The translations under genes and the position numbers were made by a program. This document shows, piece after piece, positions 17,764 to 26,090 of a DNA stretch of 63,412 bases. The first letter of the stretch is position 1. The number at the start of each line of letters is the position of its first letter. Below the pieces are notes generated by a model. The model saw only the letters and a list, made by a program, of their open reading frames with translations, was not told where the DNA came from and ran no database searches. The DNA is from an uncultured Anaerolineales bacterium (GTDB lineage: Bacteria > Chloroflexota > Anaerolineae > Anaerolineales > UBA11858): the NCBI GenBank assembly GCA_964644835.1, contig CAZXXW010000002.1, positions 1 through 63,412 of the forward strand. Direction: 5' to 3'.

Positions 17764-18354
17764 TTATTCCTGGCGAGGGCGCGGGTTTTCGTTGTCCGCG
17801 TCCCAATTGGCCGGGTTGGCTTCGATGTAGCGCCAGATGGCGTCGAGTTCGCGCCGGTTGCGGATGATGCGGTCGTGGTAATTGCGTTGCCAAATTCCGG
17901 CGATGTCGTATTCCTGACCAATGCGGCGGGAGACGGCGGATTTGTAGGAGCCTATGATAGCGCCCAGTGAACCGGGAATTGGCCCGCGGGGAAGTTGGGG
18001 CGGGTCTGGTTGGGGCGACTCATGAGTCGCCCCAACGTCAGCGTTGGTTTCGTTGATGATGATAATCCCGTGAACGTGATTCGGCATAACCACATAGGCC
18101 CCCAATTCGACGTGGTCAAAATGATCAGGAATGGCGCGCCAACATTCGTCAGCGATCTTGCCCAATTCGTTCAAGCGCATCTCCCCCTCCACGATGTCGC
18201 CGAATAAACAGGCGCGCTGATACGTCACCATGGTGACAAAATACGCACCCGCCTGGGTGTAGTCATACCCGCGCAGGCGGGTTGACTGGCGGTTGCGTTT
18301 TTGTGGATCGAACTTTGATTGTTTACCCCGTGACATGCTTTGCTGTAATTTCAT
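17764..18354 (-). CDS. REP-associated tyrosine transposase (RAYT; IS200/IS605 Y1 HUH family)
   Basis: YDYTQAGAYFVTMVT, HUH motif MPNHVHGIIII, catalytic Tyr region IWQRNYHDRIIRN. Start is uncertain (ATG at 18354 inside the palindrome, or 18336). The longer track ORF N-terminus is palindrome-derived. Confidence 0.8.
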   Translation of the reverse strand: MKLQQSMSRGKQSKFDPQKRNRQSTRLRGYDYTQAGAYFVTMVTYQRACLFGDIVEGEMRLNELGKIADECWRAIPDHFDHVELGAYVVMPNHVHGIIIINETNADVGATHESPQPDPPQLPRGPIPGSLGAIIGSYKSAVSRRIGQEYDIAGIWQRNYHDRIIRNRRELDAIWRYIEANPANWDADNENPRPRQE

Positions 18355-18389
18355 GGTCAGGGGCGAGGCATGCCTCGCCCCTGACCATG
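18352..18389. repeat. 38-bp perfect palindrome (REP-like)
   Basis: CATGGTCAGGGGCGAGGCATGCCTCGCCCCTGACCATG, between the ileS stop (18396) and the RAYT start. Confidence 0.9.
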
Positions 18390-18395
18390 TCTTCA

Positions 18396-21300
18396 TTAAT
18401 TCTGCTTAATCCCCAACGCAAATTCCATCCCGTCGACCTCGTGCGCCTCCACGAAGGCCCCCTCCGGCGGGTCACCGGCGATCAACTCGGTGGTCAGGGT
18501 TTCATCTTTGATATAGTCGCTCCACTGTTCGAAGATCTCGACGAGTTCGGCCTCAGCTTGGTACCACGTGGTGATGCGATCTTCGATGTTGAAGTTGGCC
18601 TCTTTGCGCTGGGCCTGCACCCGACGGACGATCTCGCGGGCCAGCCCCTCGGCGCGCAGCTCGGGGGTGATGGTGGTGTCGATCGCCACGGTGAGCAGGT
18701 TATCCTCGGCGGTGGAAAGCCCCTCACTGGCCTCGGTCTTGACCATAATCTCATCGGGAAGGAGGCTGACGCTTTCGCCGTTCACGTCCAGCTTGACCGG
18801 TTCCTCGGCTGCTACTCTGGCGGCGACCTCATCGGGATCGAGTTCGTTCAAGACGGCGCGCACCTTGGGGAAGTCGGCGCCGTACTTGGGGCCGAGCAGC
18901 TTGTTGACCGGGAAGACCTTGTAGCTGAGCAGGACATCGGCATCTTCGACGAACTCGAATTCCTTGACGTTCAACTCGTCGGCGAGAATGTCGATATACT
19001 CGCGTTCCAACTCGGCCCAGCCTTCCTTGACGTGGACCAGCACTTTGGACAGCGGCTGGCGCACCTTGATTCCAGCGCTGCTGCGGGCACTGAGGCCCAG
19101 GCTGGCCACCCGGCGGGCGAGACTCATCTGCTCGATGCGGGTTTCGTCGATCACGCCGGTGTCGGCCTGGGGCCAGTCGGTATGATGGATGCTTTCGTAG
19201 GCATCGTCAAAGACATTGCGGACCAGGTTCTGGTACATCTCCTCGGTGATGAAGGGTATGAGCGGCGCCAGGGCGCGGCTCAGTTTGACCAGCACGTGCC
19301 AGAGTGTGGCGTAGGCGGTGTCTTTGTCGGCATCACGCTCGGATTTCCAGTAGCGGCGGCGGGAACGGCGCACGTACCAATTGCTCAGATCGTCCAGGAA
19401 GGATTCAAAATCCTGGGTAGCGGTATAGGCATCGGAGTTCTCCAAGGCCTCGGTCACCTGCCCCACGACCTGATTCAAACGGGCCAGGATCCAGCGATCA
19501 AGCGGGTTGTCGCTCTCAGGGGTGGAACCCTCCGGCGAGCCGGGGTCGAAGCTCCTGCCCTCACCCCCATCCCCTCTCCCAGCGGGCGAGGGGGGAGTCC
19601 AACCATCCAAACTGGCATAGGTCGAGAAGAAGGAATAGACATTCCACAGCGGGATGATGAAGCGGCGGCGGGTTTCCTCGGCCCGGTGGTAGCCAAACAG
19701 CAGGTTGTGTTCGGGCTTGTGGGCGCAGTAGAGCCAGCGCATCACATCGACGCCCATTTTGTCGGCGGCCTCGTTGAATTCGATCGCATTGCCCCAGGAC
19801 TTGTGCATCTCGCGGCCGTCTTCGGCGTACAGGCTGGCATAGCTGAAATTCTCCAGGAAAGGCGGGGAGTTATCCAGCACGGTAGCCATGGCCAGCAAGC
19901 TGTAGAACCAATTGCGGAATTGGCCGGGGAACGATTCGCTGATCCAATCGGCGGGATACCATTTCTCCCAGTAGTCGCGATTGGTGCGGTATTGCAGCGT
20001 GGAGAAGGGGACGATCCCAGCATCGAGCCAGGGGTTGCCCACATCGGGGATGCGGCTCATCGTGCCGCCGCACTGATCGCACGCCAGCTTGACCGCGTCG
20101 ATGAAAGGGCGGTGCGGCGTGTGGCCCTCAAGCACATCGTAGCCTTCCACAGAGCGTTCTTTCAATTCTTCGTCATCGCCAACGACATGATAATGACCGC
20201 AGTCATCGCAAACCCAGATCGGCAGGGCCAAGCCCCAATAACGCTTCTTGGAGATCATCCAATCGTCCATGTTGCGCAACCAGTCCAACTCGCGGGCATG
20301 ACCGAAATCGGGGATCCAGCGGATTTGATCGACCACGTCCATGATCTGGTAGCGCAAGGAGGCGTCTTTCTCTTCCTGGGTGAGCTGCTCGCGCGGCTTG
20401 TCGTATTTCTCGCCCATGCTGATGAACCACTCATCCACCAGCCGGAAGACCAACTCGGTCTTGCAGCGCCAGCAGGTGGGGTAGCGGTGGCTGTACGGCT
20501 CGACGTTGTAGAGGATGCCTTTCTTTTCCAGATTTTCGAAAATGGGATCGGCAACCTCAGAGACATGCATGCCTGTGAGCCAGCCAAAGCCGTCGATGAT
20601 GTGGCCTTCATCTTCAAGAGGAGCAATCAAGGGGAAACTGTGTTCTTGACCCAGTTCAAAGTCCTCGGCACCACATCCGGGCGCAATGTGTACGATGCCG
20701 GTACCCTCTTCTTCGCCGACTTCGTCCCACAGGATGACTTGGTGGACGTCGGCCGCGCTCTGGTCGATCCCTTCGATCAACTCGTTCAAGTGAGTAACGC
20801 CGCCAACTTGCTGGGCTGCGGGCAGATCGTCGAAGGGGCCATCGTAGGTCCAGCCTTCCATTTCGGCGCCTTTGAGCTCGTCAAGCACCTCAATCTCACC
20901 CTGAAGCATGTGCAGCGTTCCTTTGGAGAGATACAGAATCTGGCCGTTATTCTTGACCTTGACGTAATCCAGCTCCGGGCCGACCGCCGCAGCCACATTG
21001 GACGTCAGCGTCCAGGGCGTGGTGGTCCAAACCAGGAGGGATTCATTCTCCCGGCCACGCAGGGGGAAGCGCACCGCCACCGAGCGGTGGGTCAGCTCCA
21101 TGTAGCCGTCGGTGACGATCTCATGCTGGCTGATGCCAGTGGCACAGCGCGGGCACCAGGGCATCACATCGGCACCGCGGTAGAGCCAATCCCGCTCCCA
21201 ACAGGTCTTCAGCATCGTCCAGATCATGTAGTTGTTCTCGTTGGAGAAGGTGAAATAGCTGCCGCCCAGCTCGGGGAGTCCCAAGCGCCCAACGATCTGT

Positions 21301-21839
21301 TCCACCGTATCGGTCACGGGACCTTCGGGACCCTCCACGGTGATCTCTTGGGCCGGGTCTTCTAGCAATTTCTCCGCCAACCAGCGCAGGCGGTCGGATT
21401 CGTTCCAGTCCATCCAGTAACCCAGGCGAATAGATTGTCCGGTCTGCACGGCTGCATAGCGCAGAACACGCGCTTTGCACTCGCGCACAAATTTATCCAG
21501 ACCGTAGGTTTCAATATCTTTCTTGGATTCGAAGCCCTTCTCTTTTTCGACCTCCACCTCGACCCAGAGCCCCTGGCAGTCGAAGCCATTCTGATAACGC
21601 AGTTCGTGGCCCCGCATGGTCCAGAAGCGGTTGTAGAGATCTTTGTAGGTGCGCCCCCAGCCGTGGTGGACACCCATCGGGTTGTTGGCCGTAATTGGCC
21701 CGTCGATAAACGACCAGGGAGGCTGCCCTTTATGCAGGGCGCGTTGTTTCTCGAAAGCGTCCGTTTCCTCCCAAAACTTTAAGATTTTATGCTCTTGGTC
21801 GATAAAGTCGATTTCGTTGGGTACTTGTTTGAATGCCAT
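18396..21839 (-). CDS. ileS: isoleucine--tRNA ligase (long, type-2-like form)
   Basis: PITANNPMGVHHGWGRTYKD (HIGH region), KMHKSWGN (KMSKS), editing domain, C-terminal extension. Confidence 0.97.
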   Translation of the reverse strand: MAFKQVPNEIDFIDQEHKILKFWEETDAFEKQRALHKGQPPWSFIDGPITANNPMGVHHGWGRTYKDLYNRFWTMRGHELRYQNGFDCQGLWVEVEVEKEKGFESKKDIETYGLDKFVRECKARVLRYAAVQTGQSIRLGYWMDWNESDRLRWLAEKLLEDPAQEITVEGPEGPVTDTVEQIVGRLGLPELGGSYFTFSNENNYMIWTMLKTCWERDWLYRGADVMPWCPRCATGISQHEIVTDGYMELTHRSVAVRFPLRGRENESLLVWTTTPWTLTSNVAAAVGPELDYVKVKNNGQILYLSKGTLHMLQGEIEVLDELKGAEMEGWTYDGPFDDLPAAQQVGGVTHLNELIEGIDQSAADVHQVILWDEVGEEEGTGIVHIAPGCGAEDFELGQEHSFPLIAPLEDEGHIIDGFGWLTGMHVSEVADPIFENLEKKGILYNVEPYSHRYPTCWRCKTELVFRLVDEWFISMGEKYDKPREQLTQEEKDASLRYQIMDVVDQIRWIPDFGHARELDWLRNMDDWMISKKRYWGLALPIWVCDDCGHYHVVGDDEELKERSVEGYDVLEGHTPHRPFIDAVKLACDQCGGTMSRIPDVGNPWLDAGIVPFSTLQYRTNRDYWEKWYPADWISESFPGQFRNWFYSLLAMATVLDNSPPFLENFSYASLYAEDGREMHKSWGNAIEFNEAADKMGVDVMRWLYCAHKPEHNLLFGYHRAEETRRRFIIPLWNVYSFFSTYASLDGWTPPSPAGRGDGGEGRSFDPGSPEGSTPESDNPLDRWILARLNQVVGQVTEALENSDAYTATQDFESFLDDLSNWYVRRSRRRYWKSERDADKDTAYATLWHVLVKLSRALAPLIPFITEEMYQNLVRNVFDDAYESIHHTDWPQADTGVIDETRIEQMSLARRVASLGLSARSSAGIKVRQPLSKVLVHVKEGWAELEREYIDILADELNVKEFEFVEDADVLLSYKVFPVNKLLGPKYGADFPKVRAVLNELDPDEVAARVAAEEPVKLDVNGESVSLLPDEIMVKTEASEGLSTAEDNLLTVAIDTTITPELRAEGLAREIVRRVQAQRKEANFNIEDRITTWYQAEAELVEIFEQWSDYIKDETLTTELIAGDPPEGAFVEAHEVDGMEFALGIKQN

Positions 21840-21877
21840 CGTTCTCTCCTAATAAAGCGTGTAAAAAGATTCCTAGA

Positions 21878-22200
21878 AACAAAAACTCCCGTCCACTCGG
21901 GACGAGAGTGTCGCATTTGCAAGCAAAAGCGTTTTACCTCACGCGGTACCACCCGGATTCCTGCCCCTCGGCAGGCGCTCCATTCGAGCACTTCCACATC
22001 TATATACTGTACAGTTTACAGGTTTGGTTCATACTCGTGCTTTTGATAACGGCCAGCAACCCCGGCTTCCCTACTTGCAAACATGCGTTCAGGTCACAGC
22101 TCCGGAAGGATTTTCAGCTTGCTCGCCTGCCCCGGCTCACACCGTTCCCGGGTTCGCTTTCAGGCAGCCGCAAACTTACTCGTTTCCATCACAGCTTTTC
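21878..22200 (-). promoter_or_regulatory. T-box riboswitch leader of ileS
   Basis: Minus strand has the Stem I start GUGAUGGAAACGAGUAAG, distal GGUGUGAGCC, and AUC in GAAAAUCC (22109-22111). The T-box sequence is AAUCCGGGUGGUACCGCG (plus 21941-21958). The terminator CUCGUCCCGAGUGGACGGGAG plus UUUUUG lies about 40 nt before the ATG. Confidence 0.85.
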
Positions 22201-22220
22201 AAATGGACTTTAAAGATTTA

Positions 22221-22367
22221 ATTCGGTAATCCTGTCCCGCCTGAGGCTCAAGCCTCAGGCTCATGGCTGAAGGACGGTAAACCGCCCTAGCCCCACAGGG
22301 GGGGGTGAGCTATGAGCCTGGAGGTTTAGCTCCAAGCGGACAGCGAGAACAGCTATTACCGGATTAT
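22221..22367. repeat. about 145-nt nested-hairpin element (MITE/REP-like or structured RNA)
   Basis: CGGTAAT..ATTACCG outer pair, CTGTCCCG..CGGACAG, CCTGAGGCT-ca-AGCCTCAGG, GGCTCATGGC..GCTATGAGCC. Confidence 0.5.
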
Positions 22368-22453
22368 TTTCTTAAACTTCATAAGTTCCAGTTATAATCG
22401 GGCTCGATTATGCCACAAAAAAGAGAGCGGGTCAAATCTAAAATTGGAGGTAG

Positions 22454-23374
22454 ATGATGAAAACGGACTTAATCTGGATGGACGGTGACCTGATCCCCAC
22501 CGAGGAGGCCACGATCCCCTTCCTGACGCCCAGCCTGCATTACGGTGTGAGCGTTTTTGAGGGATTGCGCTGCTACCAGACCGCCCAGGGCCCAGCCGTG
22601 TTTCGCTTGGACGCGCACATGCAGCGATTTCTGGATTCAGCTCACATCATCGGGATTCGAGCATTCCCCTACACGCTGGAAGAGCTTCGCCAGGCTATCT
22701 TTGAGACGATCCGGGCTAACGACTTGCAAGAATGCTACATCCGCCCGTTGATGTATCTGGACGGTCCCCTGGGGTTGAAGCTGGATCAGGCCCAGCCGAG
22801 GGTGGGAATCGCCGTGTGGCAGTGGGACACCTATCACGGCGCCGAGGCCCTGGAGCAAGGTCTTCGGATGACGGTGTCTTCCTTCACCCGCCTGCATCCC
22901 AACATTAATATGACCAAGGCCAAAGTGTCGGGCAACTACGTCAACTCGATGTTAGCCAAAACCGACGCCCTGCGGATGGGTTTCGATGAAGTGATCATGC
23001 TCGACCCAGACGGTTACGTGGCCGAGAGCAGCGGGATGAATCTCTTCATGGTGCGTGACGAACAGATCTACACCCCGGCGCGTGCTACCATCTTGGAGGG
23101 GATCACCCGTGATGCCGTGGTCACCCTGATCGACGATTTGGGCTACCCCCTGATCGAAGAGCCGATCTCTCGCGACCAACTCTACATCGCCGATGAAATT
23201 TTCTTGTGCGGCACCGCCGCTGAAGTAGTAGCCGTGCGGGAAATCGATTTTCGTCAAATTGGGGCCGGGCGCATGGGCCCGGTGACAAAATCGGTGCAAG
23301 ATACTTTCTTCCAGACCGTGCGCGACGAAGGGACGCGCTCGGCGGAGTGGCTTGAATACTTACCCTCACCCTAG
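22454..23374 (+). CDS. ilvE: branched-chain amino acid aminotransferase (class IV)
   Basis: GGAGG RBS. SLHYGVSVFEGLRCY, KVSGNYVNSMLA, EGITRD. Confidence 0.9.
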   Translation: MMKTDLIWMDGDLIPTEEATIPFLTPSLHYGVSVFEGLRCYQTAQGPAVFRLDAHMQRFLDSAHIIGIRAFPYTLEELRQAIFETIRANDLQECYIRPLMYLDGPLGLKLDQAQPRVGIAVWQWDTYHGAEALEQGLRMTVSSFTRLHPNINMTKAKVSGNYVNSMLAKTDALRMGFDEVIMLDPDGYVAESSGMNLFMVRDEQIYTPARATILEGITRDAVVTLIDDLGYPLIEEPISRDQLYIADEIFLCGTAAEVVAVREIDFRQIGAGRMGPVTKSVQDTFFQTVRDEGTRSAEWLEYLPSP

Positions 23375-23395
23375 CCCTCTCCCAGTGGGAGAGGG
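23363..23395. repeat. PSPxGEG-type hairpin repeat, family 5
   Basis: CCCTCACCCTAGCCCTCTCCCAGTGGGAGAGGG overlaps the last codons and stop of ilvE. A related copy lies inside ileS at 19558-19595. Confidence 0.6.
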
Positions 23396-23463
23396 AACTC
23401 AAACATCGGCTCTTGCTAACGCTCCCCTCTGCCCCCTTGGCTCTTCTGCCACCTCTGGTTCCT

Positions 23464-24339
23464 CTAAAAAGCCTTATTGCGATCGAGCAAAACCTTGCGG
23501 TGATGCTGCACCTGCCTCAGGGCATGCTGAAGCGCAGCGGGATCGCCGCGGTTGAGCGCGCCTTCCAGGCGGTTGAGCTGCTGCTCGAAGCGGGCCAAAG
23601 CGCCCAAGACGGCCTCACGGTTGGAGAGCAGAATCTCGGTCATCATCCGAGGGCCGCTGCCCGCTAGCCGCGCCGTGCTGCGGAATCCCGGTCCGATCAG
23701 CGAGGCCACTTCCGGGGGGGTGCCCAAAGCCAGGGCGGCTGAAATCAAGTAAGGCATGTGACTGGTCGCAGCGACGTAGGCATCATGTGTGTCGGGATTA
23801 AGCCACAACGGCGCTGCGCCGATCACTTCGATGATCTCTAAGGCAATGGAGCGAGCCCGGGGCGTCGTATTCGGCAGCGGGGTGAGCGCAAAAATGGCCT
23901 CTTGATATAAATTTGCTTCCGCGTGGGCAAGACCGGATGTCTCTTTCCCGGTCATGGGATGGCCACCCAGGGCGTCAAAGCGCGGCGGCAGGGATTCCAA
24001 GGCCTGGCAAACGGACACTTTGGCAGAGCCGAGGTCAAGCACCACGGCGGAATCGGGTTTCAAGGCGGGCAAACGCGCAATCCAATCCAAGATGGCGTTG
24101 ATCGGCGCGGCCAGGACGATCACGTTGGCCTCGGGCAGGATTTCCACAGGTTTCGGGCCGGCGCGATCGACCACCTGGCGCTCAAGAGCCAAATCAATCG
24201 TTTCAGGGTCAGGATCAAGCCCCAAACACGTCTGGCATTTCCCCCGCAGCGCCAGCGCCAAAGATCCTCCCATCAACCCCAATCCAATAATGGCAACGCG
24301 GGCTTCAGACAATCCAAAGGGAGGGTTTTCGCTATGCAT
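23464..24339 (-). CDS. tyrA: prephenate dehydrogenase
   Basis: ATG at 24339 (MHSENPP..VAIIGLGLMGGSLALAL Rossmann motif), 8-nt overlap with the aroF stop. Confidence 0.85.
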   Translation of the reverse strand: MHSENPPFGLSEARVAIIGLGLMGGSLALALRGKCQTCLGLDPDPETIDLALERQVVDRAGPKPVEILPEANVIVLAAPINAILDWIARLPALKPDSAVVLDLGSAKVSVCQALESLPPRFDALGGHPMTGKETSGLAHAEANLYQEAIFALTPLPNTTPRARSIALEIIEVIGAAPLWLNPDTHDAYVAATSHMPYLISAALALGTPPEVASLIGPGFRSTARLAGSGPRMMTEILLSNREAVLGALARFEQQLNRLEGALNRGDPAALQHALRQVQHHRKVLLDRNKAF

Positions 24340-25366
24340 GGAGCAATTTTGTGCACACAGAACGACCCACAGCCTCGGCAATCGCCCGCACTTGACTGAC
24401 CATCTCGGCGAAGCGTTCTGGCTTGAGCGATTGGCCGCCATCAGAGAGCGCTTCTTCGGGCCGGTTATGAACCTCCACGATCAAGCCGTCTGCGCCCGCG
24501 GCAATGGCGGCCCGAGCAATAGCATTGACATACTCCCAATGGCCGGTGCTGTGGCTGGGGTCGAGGATCACGGGCAGGTGCGTCTTTTGTTTGAGAGCGG
24601 GGATGGCGTTGATGTCGGTAGTGTTGCGGGTGGCCTGGGTGAAAGTGCGGATGCCCCGCTCGCACAAGACCACTTTTTGGTTGTTGTGCGAGAGAATGTA
24701 CTCCGCAGCGAGCAGGAATTCGTCCAGGGTGGCGTTCATCCCCCGTTTCAACAAGGCGGGCGCCTGACTCTCGCCGACAGCGTGGAGCAGGGAGGTGTTC
24801 TTCATGTTACGGGAGCCAATCTGGAGCATGTCGGCATACTGCAGGATCAGGGGAATCTGATCGGGCGATAACACCTCGGTGACGATGGCCAATCCTGTGG
24901 CTTCGCGGGCCTCGGCCAAAATCTCCAGGCCATCCTCGCCCAAGCCTTGGAAGGAGTACGGCGAGGTGCGCGGTTTGAAAGCGCCGCCGCGCAACACCGT
25001 CGCTCCCGCTTCTCGCACGGCATGAGCGATCTCAAGCATCTGGGTGCGGCTCTCCACCGAGCACGGCCCGGCGATGATCACAATCGGTGTCTCGCCAAAG
25101 CGGACGCCATTGAGGGGCACGACCGTATCTTGCACCGAAAACTCGCGCGAGGCCAGCTTGTAAGGTCGCGAGACGCGCACCACCCGATCGACGAAGGGCA
25201 TTAACTTGAAGGCGTCCTGGTTGATCTGGTGCACATCTCCGATGATGCCGACAATGGTGCGCTCCTGACCCTGGGAAACATGGGCGGTGGCACCATAGGC
25301 TTCGACTTGTTTTGTGACCGTATCGATCTCCTCTTGACTTGCATGGGCTCGCAAAATGATGATCAT
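24332..25366 (-). CDS. aroF: 3-deoxy-7-phosphoheptulonate (DAHP) synthase, type I-beta with N-terminal regulatory domain
   Basis: N-terminal roughly 70-aa ferredoxin-like domain, then IIAGPCSVES..GAFKPRTSPYSFQGLG..DPSHSTG. Confidence 0.9.
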   Translation of the reverse strand: MIIILRAHASQEEIDTVTKQVEAYGATAHVSQGQERTIVGIIGDVHQINQDAFKLMPFVDRVVRVSRPYKLASREFSVQDTVVPLNGVRFGETPIVIIAGPCSVESRTQMLEIAHAVREAGATVLRGGAFKPRTSPYSFQGLGEDGLEILAEAREATGLAIVTEVLSPDQIPLILQYADMLQIGSRNMKNTSLLHAVGESQAPALLKRGMNATLDEFLLAAEYILSHNNQKVVLCERGIRTFTQATRNTTDINAIPALKQKTHLPVILDPSHSTGHWEYVNAIARAAIAAGADGLIVEVHNRPEEALSDGGQSLKPERFAEMVSQVRAIAEAVGRSVCTKLLHA

Positions 25367-25387
25367 AAGATAAACTCCTCTTTTTTG

Positions 25388-25750
25388 TCAGGATAATTCC
25401 GGGCGGAGACAATGGGCAGCTTTCAAATAAATATGTTGAACTTGGTCTGGAGAGAGATCCGTGTTCCAATGGATTAAAACACGAATACACCTGCGCAGGC
25501 TGCCGGGCACGGGAATCTCACACGCGCACATCAACGGGACGTGGTGCCATCCTAACTGCCGGGCGGCCTGAGCGGGATAAGCACCGGTCAAATCTTCGGT
25601 GACGGTAAAGAAAACACTGGCAATGTTGTCGGGTTCCAAATTGGAATTTTCTTCTTGCAATTTTAACAGTAACTCGCGAGTCGCCGCGAGAATCGCTTCG
25701 GGAGTATTTGCCTCGGCGACGGTGGCGCCGCGAATACCAACCATTTTCAT
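25388..25750 (-). CDS. aroH: chorismate mutase, AroH class
   Basis: MKMVGIRGATVAEANTPEAILAATRELL; about 120 aa. GGAGG lies 6 nt upstream. Confidence 0.85.
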   Translation of the reverse strand: MKMVGIRGATVAEANTPEAILAATRELLLKLQEENSNLEPDNIASVFFTVTEDLTGAYPAQAARQLGWHHVPLMCACEIPVPGSLRRCIRVLIHWNTDLSPDQVQHIYLKAAHCLRPELS

Positions 25751-25761
25751 AATCCACCTCC

Positions 25762-25797
25762 AAAAATAAAAAACGCCAGGCCGTCGGCCTAGCGTTT
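25762..25797 (-). terminator. attenuator terminator of the aro operon leader
   Basis: Minus strand AAACGCUAGGCC-GAC-GGCCUGGCGUUU followed by UUUUAUUUUU, abutting the aroH RBS. Confidence 0.7.
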
Positions 25798-25825
25798 CGT
25801 TTCAATTCTCGTGTGATTTTTTTCG

Positions 25826-25912
25826 TCACATGCGCTTAAACACCGCCAACGGCACCCTGGGGAGGCTGCCAAAATAAAAAAAGAAGGAAAAAAAGCGGGT
25901 GTTAGGTATCAT
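25826..25912 (-). CDS. Phe/Tyr-rich leader peptide (28 aa)
   Basis: Hand translation gives MIPNTRFFSFFFYFGSLPRVPLAVFKRM*. Too short for the ORF track. No obvious SD sequence. Confidence 0.6.
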   Translation of the reverse strand: MIPNTRFFSFFFYFGSLPRVPLAVFKRM

Positions 25913-25941
25913 GTTTGTGACTTGGTTTACAAGCTGGCGAG

Positions 25942-25970
25942 ATTATAGTGTAATCCAAGGGTTGGGTCAA
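25942..25970 (-). promoter_or_regulatory. sigma-70-like promoter of the aro leader
   Basis: Minus strand TTGACC (25970-25965), 17 nt spacer, TATAAT (25947-25942). Confidence 0.6.
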
Positions 25971-26090
25971 GCAACTTTCGAGCATTTTTTTCTCTTTTTT
26001 TATGCACTGCCTCAAACGATGACAAAACTCGCCTTTGAAACCAAGCGGCTTGGAGTATACTTTGGAAAAGATGAACACACGAGGTAATCT

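Noticed and set aside
18282-21365. 1027-aa ORF on the plus strand, antisense to ileS.
   Set aside because: Low-complexity G/A/V/L/D-rich translation with no motif. It lies wholly inside a gene with unambiguous IleRS motifs. This is the typical antisense open frame of GC-rich coding DNA.
22088-22120. Plus-strand TTCAGGTCACAGCTCCGGAAGGATTTTCAGC resembles the SRP RNA domain IV motif (..GGUCCGGAAGGAAGCAGC..).
   Set aside because: Only a partial match. The segment is the reverse complement of the ileS T-box Stem I/specifier region, which explains it better, and no surrounding SRP-like helix was seen.
25899-26087. 62-aa plus-strand ORF in the aroH/mutase divergent region.
   Set aside because: It overlaps the minus-strand promoter and leader peptide of the aro operon. 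It has no RBS and a Phe-rich sequence that mirrors the A/T runs of the leader.
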